NCBI GenBank assembly: GCA_963804165.1
Contig: CAWDPO010000034.1
Location: 99,689-163,688, forward strand
Reading direction: 5' to 3'
DNA from: an uncultured delta proteobacterium
GTDB lineage: Bacteria; Desulfobacterota; Binatia; UBA9968
Length of the DNA: 64,000 bases
The translations under genes were made by a program, and so were the position numbers. Of this stretch, positions 9,844 to 19,970 are shown piece after piece; position 1 is the stretch's first letter, and every line of letters starts with the position of its first letter. A model generated the notes under the pieces. That model saw only the letters and a list, made by a program, of their open reading frames with translations. It did no database searches and was not told the DNA's origin.

Positions 9844-11004
9844 ATGGAACTTTTAAAGTTACTGCTGCGGAATACGCTGCGTCACAAGCTTCGAAGCATC
9901 TTGACGATCGTCGGCGTCGGCGTGGCGGTCATGGCCTTTGCGCTGCTGCAGACCGTGGTGACGGCTTGGTATGCGGGCGTCGAGGCGTCCGCGGCAAACC
10001 GGCTGATCACGCGCCATGCCGTCTCGTTTGTCTTTCCGTTGCCGCTTGCGTACCGCGATCGCATCGCCCAGGTTCCGGGCGTCAATAAAGTTACCTATGC
10101 TATTTGGTTTTCCGGCGTGTATATCGACAAGAACCAGTTCTTCGCGCGCCTGGCGGTGGATTCCGACAGTTTTTTCGACGTCTACCCGGAGTTCTTGATC
10201 GATCGCGACCAGTTCGAGGCATTTAAGCGCGAGCGCAACGCCTGCATTATCGGCATCGACATCGCGGAACGTTATAATCTCAAGCCCGGCGACATTATGC
10301 CCATCGAGGGCGACGTCTATCCCGGGCAATGGGAGTTTGTCGTGCGCGGCATCTATTATCCCCGCGATCAGACAACGGACCCGACGTCGATGATGTTTCA
10401 CTACAAATATGTCAATGAACGGGTGCGCCAGGAGATGCCGCACCGCGCGGGCGATATCGGCTGGTACATCGTGCGCATCGACGATCCCGACAACTCCGCG
10501 CGCATTTCCCAGGATATCGATAGTCTTTTCGCCAATTCGCGGGCCGAGACCAAGACCGAAACCGAGCGCGCCTTTCAGCAGAGTTTCTTGTCGGCGGCGA
10601 GCGCCGTGATCACGGCGATGAATATCATGTCTTTTGTCATCATCGGGATCATCTTGCTGGTGGTCGGCAATACGATGATCATGTCGGCGCGCGAGCGCAC
10701 CCACGAGTTTGCCGTGCTCAAGGCATTGGGATTTTCCGGAAAACAATTGTTCCTTCTGCTTACCGGGGAGTCGCTGCTGCTTTCGCTTCTCGGCAGCGCG
10801 GTTGGCCTGCTGGTCACCGTTCCCGCGGTCGCAGGTTTTCAGTCTGCGCTGCCCAAGGGTTGGTTTCCGGTTTTCTACATCAAGCCGGAGACCATCGTTA
10901 TCGGCTGTGCCGCCGGCTTCATCGTGGGGCTGATTGCATCGTTGATTCCGCTCCGCCGTGTACTGACGACACGAATCGTCGAAGGGTTACGCTATGTCGG
11001 ATAA
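9844..11004 (+). CDS. ABC transporter permease (FtsX/MacB family)
   Basis: RERTHEFAVLKALGF motif, 4 TM. Confidence 0.92.
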   Translation: MELLKLLLRNTLRHKLRSILTIVGVGVAVMAFALLQTVVTAWYAGVEASAANRLITRHAVSFVFPLPLAYRDRIAQVPGVNKVTYAIWFSGVYIDKNQFFARLAVDSDSFFDVYPEFLIDRDQFEAFKRERNACIIGIDIAERYNLKPGDIMPIEGDVYPGQWEFVVRGIYYPRDQTTDPTSMMFHYKYVNERVRQEMPHRAGDIGWYIVRIDDPDNSARISQDIDSLFANSRAETKTETERAFQQSFLSAASAVITAMNIMSFVIIGIILLVVGNTMIMSARERTHEFAVLKALGFSGKQLFLLLTGESLLLSLLGSAVGLLVTVPAVAGFQSALPKGWFPVFYIKPETIVIGCAAGFIVGLIASLIPLRRVLTTRIVEGLRYVG

Positions 11005-11010
11005 AGAACT

Positions 11011-11190
11011 ACCCCGCAGCAAGCTCCGGGGTATCAGAAGAGATGAGGATTTATCCCAAAGGCGTCACCCCCGAATGTTTTAATCGGGGGTCCAGTCCGG
11101 TCTCGCCTGGGGTTCCCGATAGAAGCATTCGGGAATGACGGACATTAAGAGGCCTGAAATAGTTTTCGACGCAGCAAGCTGTGGGGAACG
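11011..11190. repeat. composite REP/MITE-like element (family C)
   Basis: Ends ccccgcagcaagctccgggg / gcagcaagctgtgggg with inner gtcacccccgaatg..cggggg and ttcccga..tcgggaatgac hairpins; reverse-complement copy at 44140-44285. Confidence 0.7.
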
Positions 11191-11217
11191 AAACCCGCAG
11201 TGATTCAATATTTCGTG

Positions 11218-12387
11218 ATGCAAATACCGCTGAAATATATCGTTCGCAGCTCCATCTCCCGGCGGTTAACGACCGCAATTACCGTGTTCGGCATCGCCCT
11301 GGTCGTTTTCGTTTTTTCCGCCGTCTTGATGATGGCCAACGGCGTGCAAAAAACCCTTCGTTCCACCGGATCGGATGACAACATGATCGTGGCGCGCAAA
11401 GCCGCCATGAGCGAGATCATGAGTATCCTCGATCGCGAAGCGGCCGGCATCATCGTCAATCTGCCGCAGGTGGCGCGTTTGGCGGACGGCAGGCCGATGA
11501 GCTCTAAAGAAGTGGTCGCGATTATCAATCTCAACAAGCTTGACGCCGACGGCATCAGCAACGTCACGGTGCGCGGAGTCGAGGAGCCGGCGTTCCTGTT
11601 GCGGCCGCAGGTGCGCATCGTCGACGGCCGCATGTTTCGCTGGGGCGCGCGCGAAGTGATCGCGGGTGCCGGCATCACCAAACGTTTCGCGGGCGCTCAG
11701 ATCGGCGAACACGTAAAATTCGGCGGCGACGTTTGGACCGTGGTCGGTATCTTCGACTCCGAGGGAAGCGGCTTCGACTCGGAATTATGGGGCGATCTCA
11801 ACCAGATCGCGGACGCCTTCAAACGATCGTCCGTATCGACGGTCACCGCGCGCCTCAAAGACCCCGACGCCTTTGCCGATGTCGCCGCCGCATTCGACGC
11901 CGACAACCGGTTGCAATATTTCGCCCCGAAGCGCGAGAAGAAATTCTTCGAAGAGCAGTCGGAAATGATGGCGACGTTTATCCGCATTCTGGGCATCTTC
12001 ATTACGGTGATCTTCAGCACCGGTGCCATGATCGGCGCGATGATCACCATGTACGGCGCGGTGGCCAACCGCACCGTGGAGATCGGCACGCTGCGCGCCC
12101 TCGGCTTTTATCGGCGCAGCATCCTGCTGGCGTTTTTACTGGAGTCTTTGTTCCTCTCGCTCGGCGGCGGCTTGCTCGGGCTCGGGATCGCGTCGCTGCT
12201 GCAGTTTTTCACGATCTCGACGCTCAACTTCGGCTCGTTTTCCGAACTGGCATTTTCCTTCGCGCTATCGCCGTCGATCATCGTGATGTCCCTGAGCTTC
12301 TCGCTGCTCATGGGCTTCGTCGGCGGATTTTTGCCGGCGGTGAGTGCCGCAAGGCTAAACATTATTCAGGCGCTGCGGGCGTTGTAG
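11218..12387 (+). CDS. ABC transporter permease (FtsX/MacB family)
   Basis: RTVEIGTLRALGF motif; start MQIPLKY assumed. Confidence 0.92.
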   Translation: MQIPLKYIVRSSISRRLTTAITVFGIALVVFVFSAVLMMANGVQKTLRSTGSDDNMIVARKAAMSEIMSILDREAAGIIVNLPQVARLADGRPMSSKEVVAIINLNKLDADGISNVTVRGVEEPAFLLRPQVRIVDGRMFRWGAREVIAGAGITKRFAGAQIGEHVKFGGDVWTVVGIFDSEGSGFDSELWGDLNQIADAFKRSSVSTVTARLKDPDAFADVAAAFDADNRLQYFAPKREKKFFEEQSEMMATFIRILGIFITVIFSTGAMIGAMITMYGAVANRTVEIGTLRALGFYRRSILLAFLLESLFLSLGGGLLGLGIASLLQFFTISTLNFGSFSELAFSFALSPSIIVMSLSFSLLMGFVGGFLPAVSAARLNIIQALRAL

Positions 12388-12677
12388 AAAATCAAGGGTA
12401 TGGCGCGAAGTAAAACTTGTAAGGAGCGGCGGGTGACCGTCCGCCGAACGACTTGAACCGAGTAAAGCAGTTAAAGGCTGAATTCGAGTTTCCCTTGCTA
12501 CAGCGCTATCGTACCTATATATAGAGTCATCGTTAATTCTTCGTTCGTCATATTGGCACGTAAGAGGAGATAGAAAGCCGGGCCACACAACGGCAATGGC
12601 AGTATGGAGTTCACCGCCGATATCACTTCCTCTTCCAAAATCCAACGGCTATCAAAAGCCCGATCAAGGAGAAAGTT

Positions 12678-13238
12678 ATGAATCCTATGTTTATCGTTGC
12701 CATCCCTTTGGTATTGGTGATCGTCGGCATGGTGTTGAACAGCATTGGCCTTTCCTTCGATCAACCCCCAAGTTCATCGGAGCAAGATCCAGCGAAAAGA
12801 GCGGCGGCAGAAGTGGACGCTCATCGGCGTTTCTTCGATTTACAGAGAAAGCGGGCTGTGACAAGGCAGACAAGGATCGGCCAGTATGCCTGGTTGCTTA
12901 TCGTCGCCATTATCGGTTCCTTCATCTGGCTGTATAAGTACACCGTGACCAAAACCACCAGCACGACTCAAATTGCCGCGCTTCAGACACTGGCGATGGA
13001 AGATGGGAAGGATATGGTTCTCTCCGTCACCCTCAAGGACGGGAGCACTGTCAAATACCGGATCAACACGCCCACAGGCGATACCTTGGCTGCGGCCACG
13101 AAAGATGGAGTATCGAAACAGAAGGTCTCAACCTACGACATGGAACAATCAGGTACGGTCTTGAGTATCGGCGAGAGTCCATTGCCTGTCGGCGTCGCGC
13201 TGAAAGTGTCCATCGACCCGACAGCAAAAAAAGACTGA
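12678..13238 (+). CDS. hypothetical membrane protein (2 TM)
   Basis: RBS aggag; paralog at 43194..43751. Confidence 0.75.
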   Translation: MNPMFIVAIPLVLVIVGMVLNSIGLSFDQPPSSSEQDPAKRAAAEVDAHRRFFDLQRKRAVTRQTRIGQYAWLLIVAIIGSFIWLYKYTVTKTTSTTQIAALQTLAMEDGKDMVLSVTLKDGSTVKYRINTPTGDTLAAATKDGVSKQKVSTYDMEQSGTVLSIGESPLPVGVALKVSIDPTAKKD

Positions 13239-13302
13239 AAGTTGTTGGTGAGAGCCAGGAGCCGCGTAGCATGGCAGCAGCACGAGACTTTAAGGAAACA
13301 TC

Positions 13303-14142
13303 ATGACCTTGACAGCCTATAACCAGGTTCCTATTCCTACGTTTATGTATGGCACGGCGTGGAAAAAAGAGTCCACTAAGGAACTGGTGCAACTAGCCGT
13401 GGCGTCGGGTTTCACGGCCATCGACACGGCCAATCAACTGATCCATTACGAGGAAGCTCTGGTGGGTGAAGCCTTGCAGGCGCTGGAGAAGAAAGGGATC
13501 AAGCGAGACATCCTGTTTCTCCAAACCAAATTTACTTCGGTCGATGGCCAAGACCATCGAACCCCCTACGATGCCTCGGCCGATCTAACGACCCAGGTAA
13601 GACAGTCCTTTGACAGTTCTTTGACTCACCTCTGCACCGAGTATGTTGACTCCTATGTGTTACACGCGCCGTTTCAGAGGCGGGGCTTGGGGGAAGCGGA
13701 CTGGGAGGTGTGGGCGGCGATGGAAGGACTTTATCAATCAGGGAAAACCAAAATGATTGGCATCAGCAACGTCACAGCGGGTCAACTTACACAGCTCTGT
13801 GCACAGGCGAATCATAAACCCATGGTGGTACAAAACCGCTGTTTTGCAGCGCGCGGATGGGACAAAGAGGTTAGGGAGATTTGCCAAGCCCACGACATCA
13901 TTTATCAAGGTTTTTCGCTGTTAACCGCTAATAGAGAAGTCTTTGTCGATCCAGAAATTCACGTCATCGCCCAACGGTTAGGTGTTGGTTGCGCACAGAT
14001 CATCTTTCGGTTTGCGATGCAAATCGGGATGCTTCCGTTGACCGGGACCACGAGCTCACAACATATGAAAGAGGACCTACAAGCCGAGCAGTTTGCACTC
14101 TCCACCGAAGAAATCCAGCGGATTGAAACAATCGCGCTGTAG
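13303..14142 (+). CDS. aldo/keto reductase
   Basis: GFTAIDTA, FLQTKF, YVDSYVLH, IGISN. Confidence 0.9.
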   Translation: MTLTAYNQVPIPTFMYGTAWKKESTKELVQLAVASGFTAIDTANQLIHYEEALVGEALQALEKKGIKRDILFLQTKFTSVDGQDHRTPYDASADLTTQVRQSFDSSLTHLCTEYVDSYVLHAPFQRRGLGEADWEVWAAMEGLYQSGKTKMIGISNVTAGQLTQLCAQANHKPMVVQNRCFAARGWDKEVREICQAHDIIYQGFSLLTANREVFVDPEIHVIAQRLGVGCAQIIFRFAMQIGMLPLTGTTSSQHMKEDLQAEQFALSTEEIQRIETIAL

Positions 14143-14384
14143 AAGGGGACGTGATTGACTAACTGAAATAATTCGAGTTAGAGGCAAAGTGAGAAACCAA
14201 GACAGAAGATATTTTCTCAGCGATAGCGACTGCGGAGTGTATTTGGATATGCTCACAAAGGAGTATTTTGTTGACAGTCGGTCCAAGTGCACTGGGTGGA
14301 CTGGCGCGGTAGCTCCTAGCGCGTCTGCATAACGGCAATCCTTGGCGAACGCGAGGCGTGCGCAAACTCGTTGGTCATGCACAA

Positions 14385-14621
14385 TCACACGAGTTGGTTG
14401 GCGTGCCTGCGTCCGATCACGAATGCACTTTTGATCATTTGGCGAAGTACATCACAGGTTTCTTCTTCGCTTTCCGAAGTTTTTAGTAGCTGAATACCAT
14501 TCCCCAAGAGGCTTCCAAGCAAGTTCAATTCGTACAACGCTGCTTGATCTTCTATGGGTGTATCTAACATTTGTTGAAGCTCCAGGACCGCTTCGTCAGT
14601 TGGCTCTTGAAGAACTTCCAT
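14385..14621 (-). CDS. hypothetical protein
   Basis: 78 aa ORF with upstream ggagg RBS. Confidence 0.55.
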   Translation of the reverse strand: MEVLQEPTDEAVLELQQMLDTPIEDQAALYELNLLGSLLGNGIQLLKTSESEEETCDVLRQMIKSAFVIGRRHANQLV

Positions 14622-14855
14622 TGTTCACCTCCATTGCCATACGAGGAGCAAGGCGTGTGCCTAGGTTTGATGTATTTCCCCCAGAGATTTGAATCCGTCG
14701 AATTTTGTTAGGATTATGAACCTGCACGCTAACCATGTCTGAGTTTTAGGACGGTCGAACACGTCGAATTAATTCCAGGTGCTGTTAGTTTTTTTCAATG
14801 AGCTGTAGGAATTTCCCTTGCGCCGGAGTTGCAGGATACGTTGCAGAATGAAGTC

Positions 14856-14940
14856 CGTTCAAAGGTTCAAGCGTTCAAAAGTTCAAGGAAAGATAAATGC
14901 GGGGAACTTCGATGTTTCGGAAATTCTCGAAACGTCGAAA
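14856..14940 (+). repeat. GTTCAA repeats + 32-bp palindrome
   Basis: Palindrome ttcgatgtttcg-gaaattct-cgaaacgtcgaa at 14908-14939. Confidence 0.85.
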
Positions 14941-15018
14941 GGAATACTAGCATTTCGGGGCCAGGAAACGCTTCGGTCCCTGAGTGCTCGATTACGTGGT
15001 GACATCCAACCACCAGAG

Positions 15019-15175
15019 AGTTCAAATCGTTCAAGCCGGTCAATTGGTTCGACCGTTCGAGAAGCCTCACGGCAGGCTTCCTCGACGGCCTTCAGTTCCG
15101 AGCCCGTCGAGGAATCATCATGACCGGCCCGATCTTCCGCTCATTCCTTCGATAAAGCTCAGGACGGGCTCTGAG
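15019..15175 (+). repeat. nested REP-like element, left part of the IS110 target
   Basis: Near-identical to 34810-34974 and to the reverse complement of 42085-42220; continues at 16606-16623. Confidence 0.85.
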
Positions 15176-16605
15176 ACTTGTATGAGGGATGTCGAGCTAT
15201 ACCGCGAGTGCTCCGTGATAGTACAGTGGCCGAAACTTATCGACCGTTGGACCAGGGAGGCACTACGATGGGAATCGAAACTTTCATCGCTCGCGATTAC
15301 GATGTGTTTGGCGGACTCGATGTGGACAAGAAAAGCATTTCGGTGACCTTTACCGATCATCAGGGATCTGTGAAGTCGATGCGCATGCCGTACAATGTCG
15401 AGTATCTTGTAAACCATGTTCGTAAGCACTATGGCGATAAGAAAGTAGCCTTTGCCTATGAGGCGGGACCGACGGGCTATGGACTGTATGACGGGTTGGT
15501 CGCTCAACGGTACCCTTGCTTGATCGCCTCTCCATCGATGATCCCCAAAGCGCCAGGACAGCGAGTGAAGACCAATCGGCTCGACAGCGTGGGATTGGCA
15601 GAGAATCTGCGCGCCGGACAGCTCAAGAGCATTCATGTGCCCACAACCTTGTATCGAGAGCTGCGTCACTTGACTCAACTGCGCGACGCTCTGGTCAGCG
15701 AGGTGGTGGCGATGAAGCAACGCATCAAATCGCTGTTGCTGATGGAAGGGCTGGAGTTTCCCCCGGCTCCGGCCGGCAGCCAGTGGTCGTTTTTGGTCAA
15801 AGCCAAGCTGAGAAAGCTTCCCTGCTCTTCGGTGGTGCGCTTTAAGCTCGATCAGTTGCTGGACAATCTGGAGTTTGGGGAGAAGCAAGTCCTTAAGGTC
15901 ACCCGTGAGATTCGCCGCTTTTGCCACAACGACCCGGAACTGTCTCGGTGTATCGAGTATCTGAAAACGCTTCCTGGGATCGGCTGGATCGTGGCCAGCC
16001 AGATGATGGCCCGTATCGGGGACTGGCGCCAGATCAATAACATTCGTGAGCTGCCGGCCTTTGTGGGGTTGGTACCCACCGAGAGCTCCACCGGAGAGAG
16101 AACCACTCGCGGCTCGATTACTCACAGCGGAGATCCAAGACTGCGCAGCAAACTCATTCAAGCCTCTTGGTCGGCGATCCGCCAGGACGGCGAGTTGAGA
16201 GAGTTCTTCCGCACCGTGGCGAAAAAACATCCGCGTCATCTCGGTCCTCGAGTGGCCATTGTGGCGGTGGCCCATAAACTGTGTGTGCGGGCCGCGGTGG
16301 TGTTGATGCAACAAAGACCTTACGAAGTGAGAGAAAAAGTTCAATCGGCTCCTTTGACCCAAGAGGAGACTGTGCCCCAGGGAACGACTCGACGACGGCC
16401 AGTACCAGGAGAACAAGACTCCTGAAGGTTCGACCCTTGAGACAGAGATCCCGGGGCTTAGTGCCAAAGAGGGCGCATCGCAAGTCAGTGTGACGGCCCA
16501 GTGCCGTGCCACGTATAGCAGCGAGTCTCTCTTGGGTGGGTAGGGAGAAAAAGTCATAGGAGAATTTAAGAGCCTTTGCGAGTTATTGACTTGACATCCA
16601 CATAG
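15176..16605 (+). mobile_element. IS110 family (IS1111-like) insertion sequence, copy 1
   Basis: Ends set by comparison with the empty site (ctctgag|cagc at 34974/34975); subterminal IR ggatgtcgag (15187-15196) / cttgacatcc (16590-16599); long 3' non-coding end. Confidence 0.9.
15268..16425 (+). CDS. IS110 family transposase (DEDD recombinase)
   Basis: GLDVDK, YEAGPTG, RVKTNRLD, LPGIG, GLVPTESSTG, VAVAHKL; RBS ggagg before MGIET. Confidence 0.95.
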   Translation: MGIETFIARDYDVFGGLDVDKKSISVTFTDHQGSVKSMRMPYNVEYLVNHVRKHYGDKKVAFAYEAGPTGYGLYDGLVAQRYPCLIASPSMIPKAPGQRVKTNRLDSVGLAENLRAGQLKSIHVPTTLYRELRHLTQLRDALVSEVVAMKQRIKSLLLMEGLEFPPAPAGSQWSFLVKAKLRKLPCSSVVRFKLDQLLDNLEFGEKQVLKVTREIRRFCHNDPELSRCIEYLKTLPGIGWIVASQMMARIGDWRQINNIRELPAFVGLVPTESSTGERTTRGSITHSGDPRLRSKLIQASWSAIRQDGELREFFRTVAKKHPRHLGPRVAIVAVAHKLCVRAAVVLMQQRPYEVREKVQSAPLTQEETVPQGTTRRRPVPGEQDS

Positions 16606-16742
16606 CAGCAGCGTCGTCGAAGGATGCGCTCCGTTCAAGACGTTGCAGAAGGAAGTCCGTATCTTCGTCTGAAGCGCTTGACATGAGCCTGGCGGACAAC
16701 TTAGGTTCCAGCGACGACGGCCCGATTACATGGAGGTGGCTC

Positions 16743-17780
16743 ATGACGAAAGCACGCGGTGTATTCTTGCTCCCTATCTTTGTCATATCGATATCGCTGG
16801 TCACGTCGGCGCTGGCTGCTTCGGTCGAGGACTTCTACAAGGGCAAAACCATCCAGTTCGTCGTCGGTGGCACCGCAGGTGGAGGCTACGATACGTACAC
16901 TCGGCTTATCGCGCGCCACTTCGCTCAATACGTTCCCGGCAAACCCTCCACTATCGTTCAGAATATGCCCGGAGCGGCCATGCTGATCGCGGCGAATTAC
17001 ACATTCAACAGCGCCCCGCGCGATGGAACGGTCATCGGGCATTGGTCCGGCCCGCTTATTCTTCAGCACCTGATGGGGAACCCTGCGGTGCAATTTGAGG
17101 GGCGCAAGTTTGGCTGGCTCGGTATGCCGACGGCGGATGCGCTTGTGTGCATACTGACCGATCGCAGCGGGATAAAAACGGCAGAGGAGTGGCGCAAGGC
17201 TAAAACACGGGTGAAGCTGGGGGCGATTGGCCCCGGCACCAGCGGAACTGACGATACCAAACTCCTTGCCGCCGCCACGGATTTTCCCCTGCAACTCATC
17301 GAGGGCTACAAGGGTACCGCGGACATCAGGGTTGCAGCGGAAACAGGGGAAGTCGACGGTACCTGCGCCTTTGGCTGGCAATCGGCGAAAGTGACTTGGG
17401 CCAACGCGGTGCGGGTCAAACAGGTTCATGTTGTGCTCCAGACAATGCTCGAGCCTCATCCCGAACTGAAGGGCGTCCCTCTCGCTGTCGATTACGCCAA
17501 GACGGAGGAAGGGAAGAAACTCCTCCGGATCGCCAGCGAGCTTTACGGCAAACAAAGACTCTATTCTCTTCCGCCACAAGTCCCCGAACAGCGCGTGCGA
17601 ACACTGCAGAAAGCTTTCATCAGTACCCTGAAAGATGCTCAGCTTCTGGCGGAGGCAGAAAAGGCGAAGCTCGAGATCGACCCGATCGATGGACCGGGCG
17701 TAGAAAAGATGGTGAACGGCTTGTATGAAATCGAGCCCGCCATCGTGAATCGAGTGAAACAGATACTCGAGTCAAAATAA
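16743..17780 (+). CDS. tripartite tricarboxylate transporter (Bug/TctC-like) substrate-binding protein
   Basis: FYKGKTI, GGGYDTYTRLIAR, VQNMPGA, GYKGTADIRVA. Confidence 0.9.
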   Translation: MTKARGVFLLPIFVISISLVTSALAASVEDFYKGKTIQFVVGGTAGGGYDTYTRLIARHFAQYVPGKPSTIVQNMPGAAMLIAANYTFNSAPRDGTVIGHWSGPLILQHLMGNPAVQFEGRKFGWLGMPTADALVCILTDRSGIKTAEEWRKAKTRVKLGAIGPGTSGTDDTKLLAAATDFPLQLIEGYKGTADIRVAAETGEVDGTCAFGWQSAKVTWANAVRVKQVHVVLQTMLEPHPELKGVPLAVDYAKTEEGKKLLRIASELYGKQRLYSLPPQVPEQRVRTLQKAFISTLKDAQLLAEAEKAKLEIDPIDGPGVEKMVNGLYEIEPAIVNRVKQILESK

Positions 17781-17787
17781 GTTAGTA

Positions 17788-17934
17788 CGTTCAAATAGTT
17801 CAAAACGTTCAACCGCGTATGCTCCGTTCAAGTCGTTGCGGCTAACGCAGGATTTAAAGTTCAAGGTTCAAAGTTCAAGGACAAGGATTCGGAAGGGAAA
17901 CTTCCATGTTTTTGGAATTCCGAAAAACGTCGAA
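17788..17934 (+). repeat. GTTCAA repeats + palindrome
   Basis: ttccatgtttttggaattccgaaaaacgtcgaa at 17902-17934. Confidence 0.85.
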
Positions 17935-18913
17935 GGGAATCCTAGTGAGTCTGCCGCTTAAGCAAATCAAAAAAGCGATCTCAAGGGTACTTTTCCGTTG
18001 AACGCGTGTCTGCGCATATGTTAATCCGCTTCGGGGGAAAGGGATGATCAGACTTTCTAATCTAGCCAATCTTGACAGTTTCTTATCACTCCCGTCAGAG
18101 GGCATACATCGCGAGGCGACCACGGCTGGAGAGTTAACCGGCAGATATTGCTCGAGACCGAATCCCCGGGCGGATAATGCTCCGCCCAAAGTTTTCTTAT
18201 CTCTAGAAGTTTTTCCCTATTAATGTCGGACAGCACCATCATTCGCCGAGTCCATTTAAAACTTTCGCCGCTTCACGCCAGCCCCCCTCGCGCTCTCCGC
18301 CTTCACCTGCTCGAACTCCTCTTTTCGAATTCCCGTGGCTATCAACGCTCTAGGGTGGCAATAACAATTGTTAGACGTGCTGGTTCAATCGTAGGTATCA
18401 GAGTCGAGAAATTACGATATACCTAGCGATCTCGATTGCTGTCTAATATTGGACCAAATTCAAAAGAAACTAACGGGCGCAGCAGTCGACGTATCCTGAG
18501 TCGTAACATGGAATCACTCGGCTCGTTAAAGTAGTGCCGTTTCATTTCAGTCTGCGAGGGCCGCAAGATACAAGATTTGTCCACAATATCTGTTGATAAG
18601 TTCTTGAAAACTCCCTTCTGTGGCGTGGCAAAGTGGGAATAGGCGCGTGTCTCAGCGAATTGCCTAAATTGTCCCCATAGAAAAGCGAGCGTAATTACCC
18701 TAAACGTCCTTTCTCGAGATTCCGCATCAAACGGTACTCCAAGCGAGGTTTGATCTTACGCCGCCTGCGAAAGCTGAATTGAGATCCTCGTCTCGCTCGG
18801 TGTTTTAGCTCATTCCCACACGGCCAGTCATTTCCCCTCACGCAACAGAAACGGGGTAATCTATGAAGCTCGGTTCAATATTAAATAGCAAATCGTGACT
18901 GGCGGATTTAGCA

Positions 18914-19260
18914 TTGAGCCGCACATCCGGGCGCGGTGCGTACCGCATATCGCCGGTTACCGGCAGCTATACGACTGCCGAACTAGAGGACGACGGAGCC
19001 GGTTACGATATTGGCTCTTTCATGTTCGATGGGAAAAAACATTCATCGACGTCAAAACCAGCACGGGTGATAAGGACAGCGAGTTCTTTATTACGGCGAA
19101 TGAACTCGAATTCGCGAAGCACAATTCGAGGAACTTTTATCTTTACCGTGTTTATGAGTACGATGATAATACCGATCGCGGAAAGTTTTTTGTCTTACAC
19201 GGGTCGCTTGTAACTCACTGCGCTTTGCTTCCGGTAGGTTATAGAGTCAAGGTTATTCGC
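18914..19260 (+). pseudogene. DUF3883 (NO VEIN C-terminal, PD-(D/E)XK-like) nuclease remnant, frameshifted
   Basis: DDGAGYDIGSF in one frame, FIDVKTSTG...FFITANELEFA...FYLYRVY in another. Confidence 0.7.
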
Positions 19261-19382
19261 CAAGCCTTTGCTAACTTTGCACAAGCCCTCGAGTTTCTTG
19301 AACAGGCACTTGATCAAAATTGGCCCGGTCACTGTCGCGATCTCAAACAATTGCCTCGCGCTGCCACTGTCCGCGATAAAGG

Positions 19383-19694
19383 CTAGAGCGTGTGCGCTAA
19401 ATCTAGATCGCCTATTTGTTCTAGAGAGTATCCTGTGTGGGATTTTAGAATGCTATAAATCTCGTCGCAAAATTTGGGATCGTCAAAATGCATTGCACCC
19501 ATGTATCGATGGCCCTGATAATCAATGAACAAAAATATCCTGGTCATGAGGAGATAGTTCGTTAATACTTGCTGAAGGATTCCAATTTCCCCAGTGGGTT
19601 TATCGGTAGGATCTAAGCGCGTCGTTGTCCATTCTGGCGGCCAACTGCAATAACCGCTCTTTCGCTTCATCAGTGGATGGTCGCGAAGCGTCAC
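19383..19694 (-). CDS. hypothetical protein
   Basis: 103 aa ORF, LRDHPLM..WPPEW, protein-like composition. Confidence 0.6.
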   Translation of the reverse strand: MTLRDHPLMKRKSGYCSWPPEWTTTRLDPTDKPTGEIGILQQVLTNYLLMTRIFLFIDYQGHRYMGAMHFDDPKFCDEIYSILKSHTGYSLEQIGDLDLAHTL

Positions 19695-19970
19695 GATCCA
19701 TTAGACGTAGGTTACCTATTGGGTGTCAATAAATTTAAATTCTATTTCATGTTCCGTTTTGTGTCGGAAATCTGACCAATGAGTTTTGCCCACCATCTTT
19801 TCTCTCTCGGATCTGGAAATACGTTGACCGTATCCAGCAGTAGGCTCCTCGAAGCAGCAAACGGTCATACCCACGCACAAACTTGGGGGTCAAAGCCGGG
19901 GCAGCTCAGATTGACCCTCATCGAGTATGACTCTTATCGACTGCGCGAAGGCGGCATCCCATTTCCGGAC

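Noticed and set aside
16586-16605. Junction promoter formed on IS110 circularisation
   Set aside because: TTGACA/TTGACT are present, but no convincing -10 falls at 16-18 bp spacing across the junction.
15118-16638. Long antisense ORFs over transposases and other genes (e.g. 40781..42145, 28903..30159, 61264..62487, 55795..57015, 306..1289)
   Set aside because: Shadow ORFs typical of GC-rich coding DNA, with no recognisable motifs.
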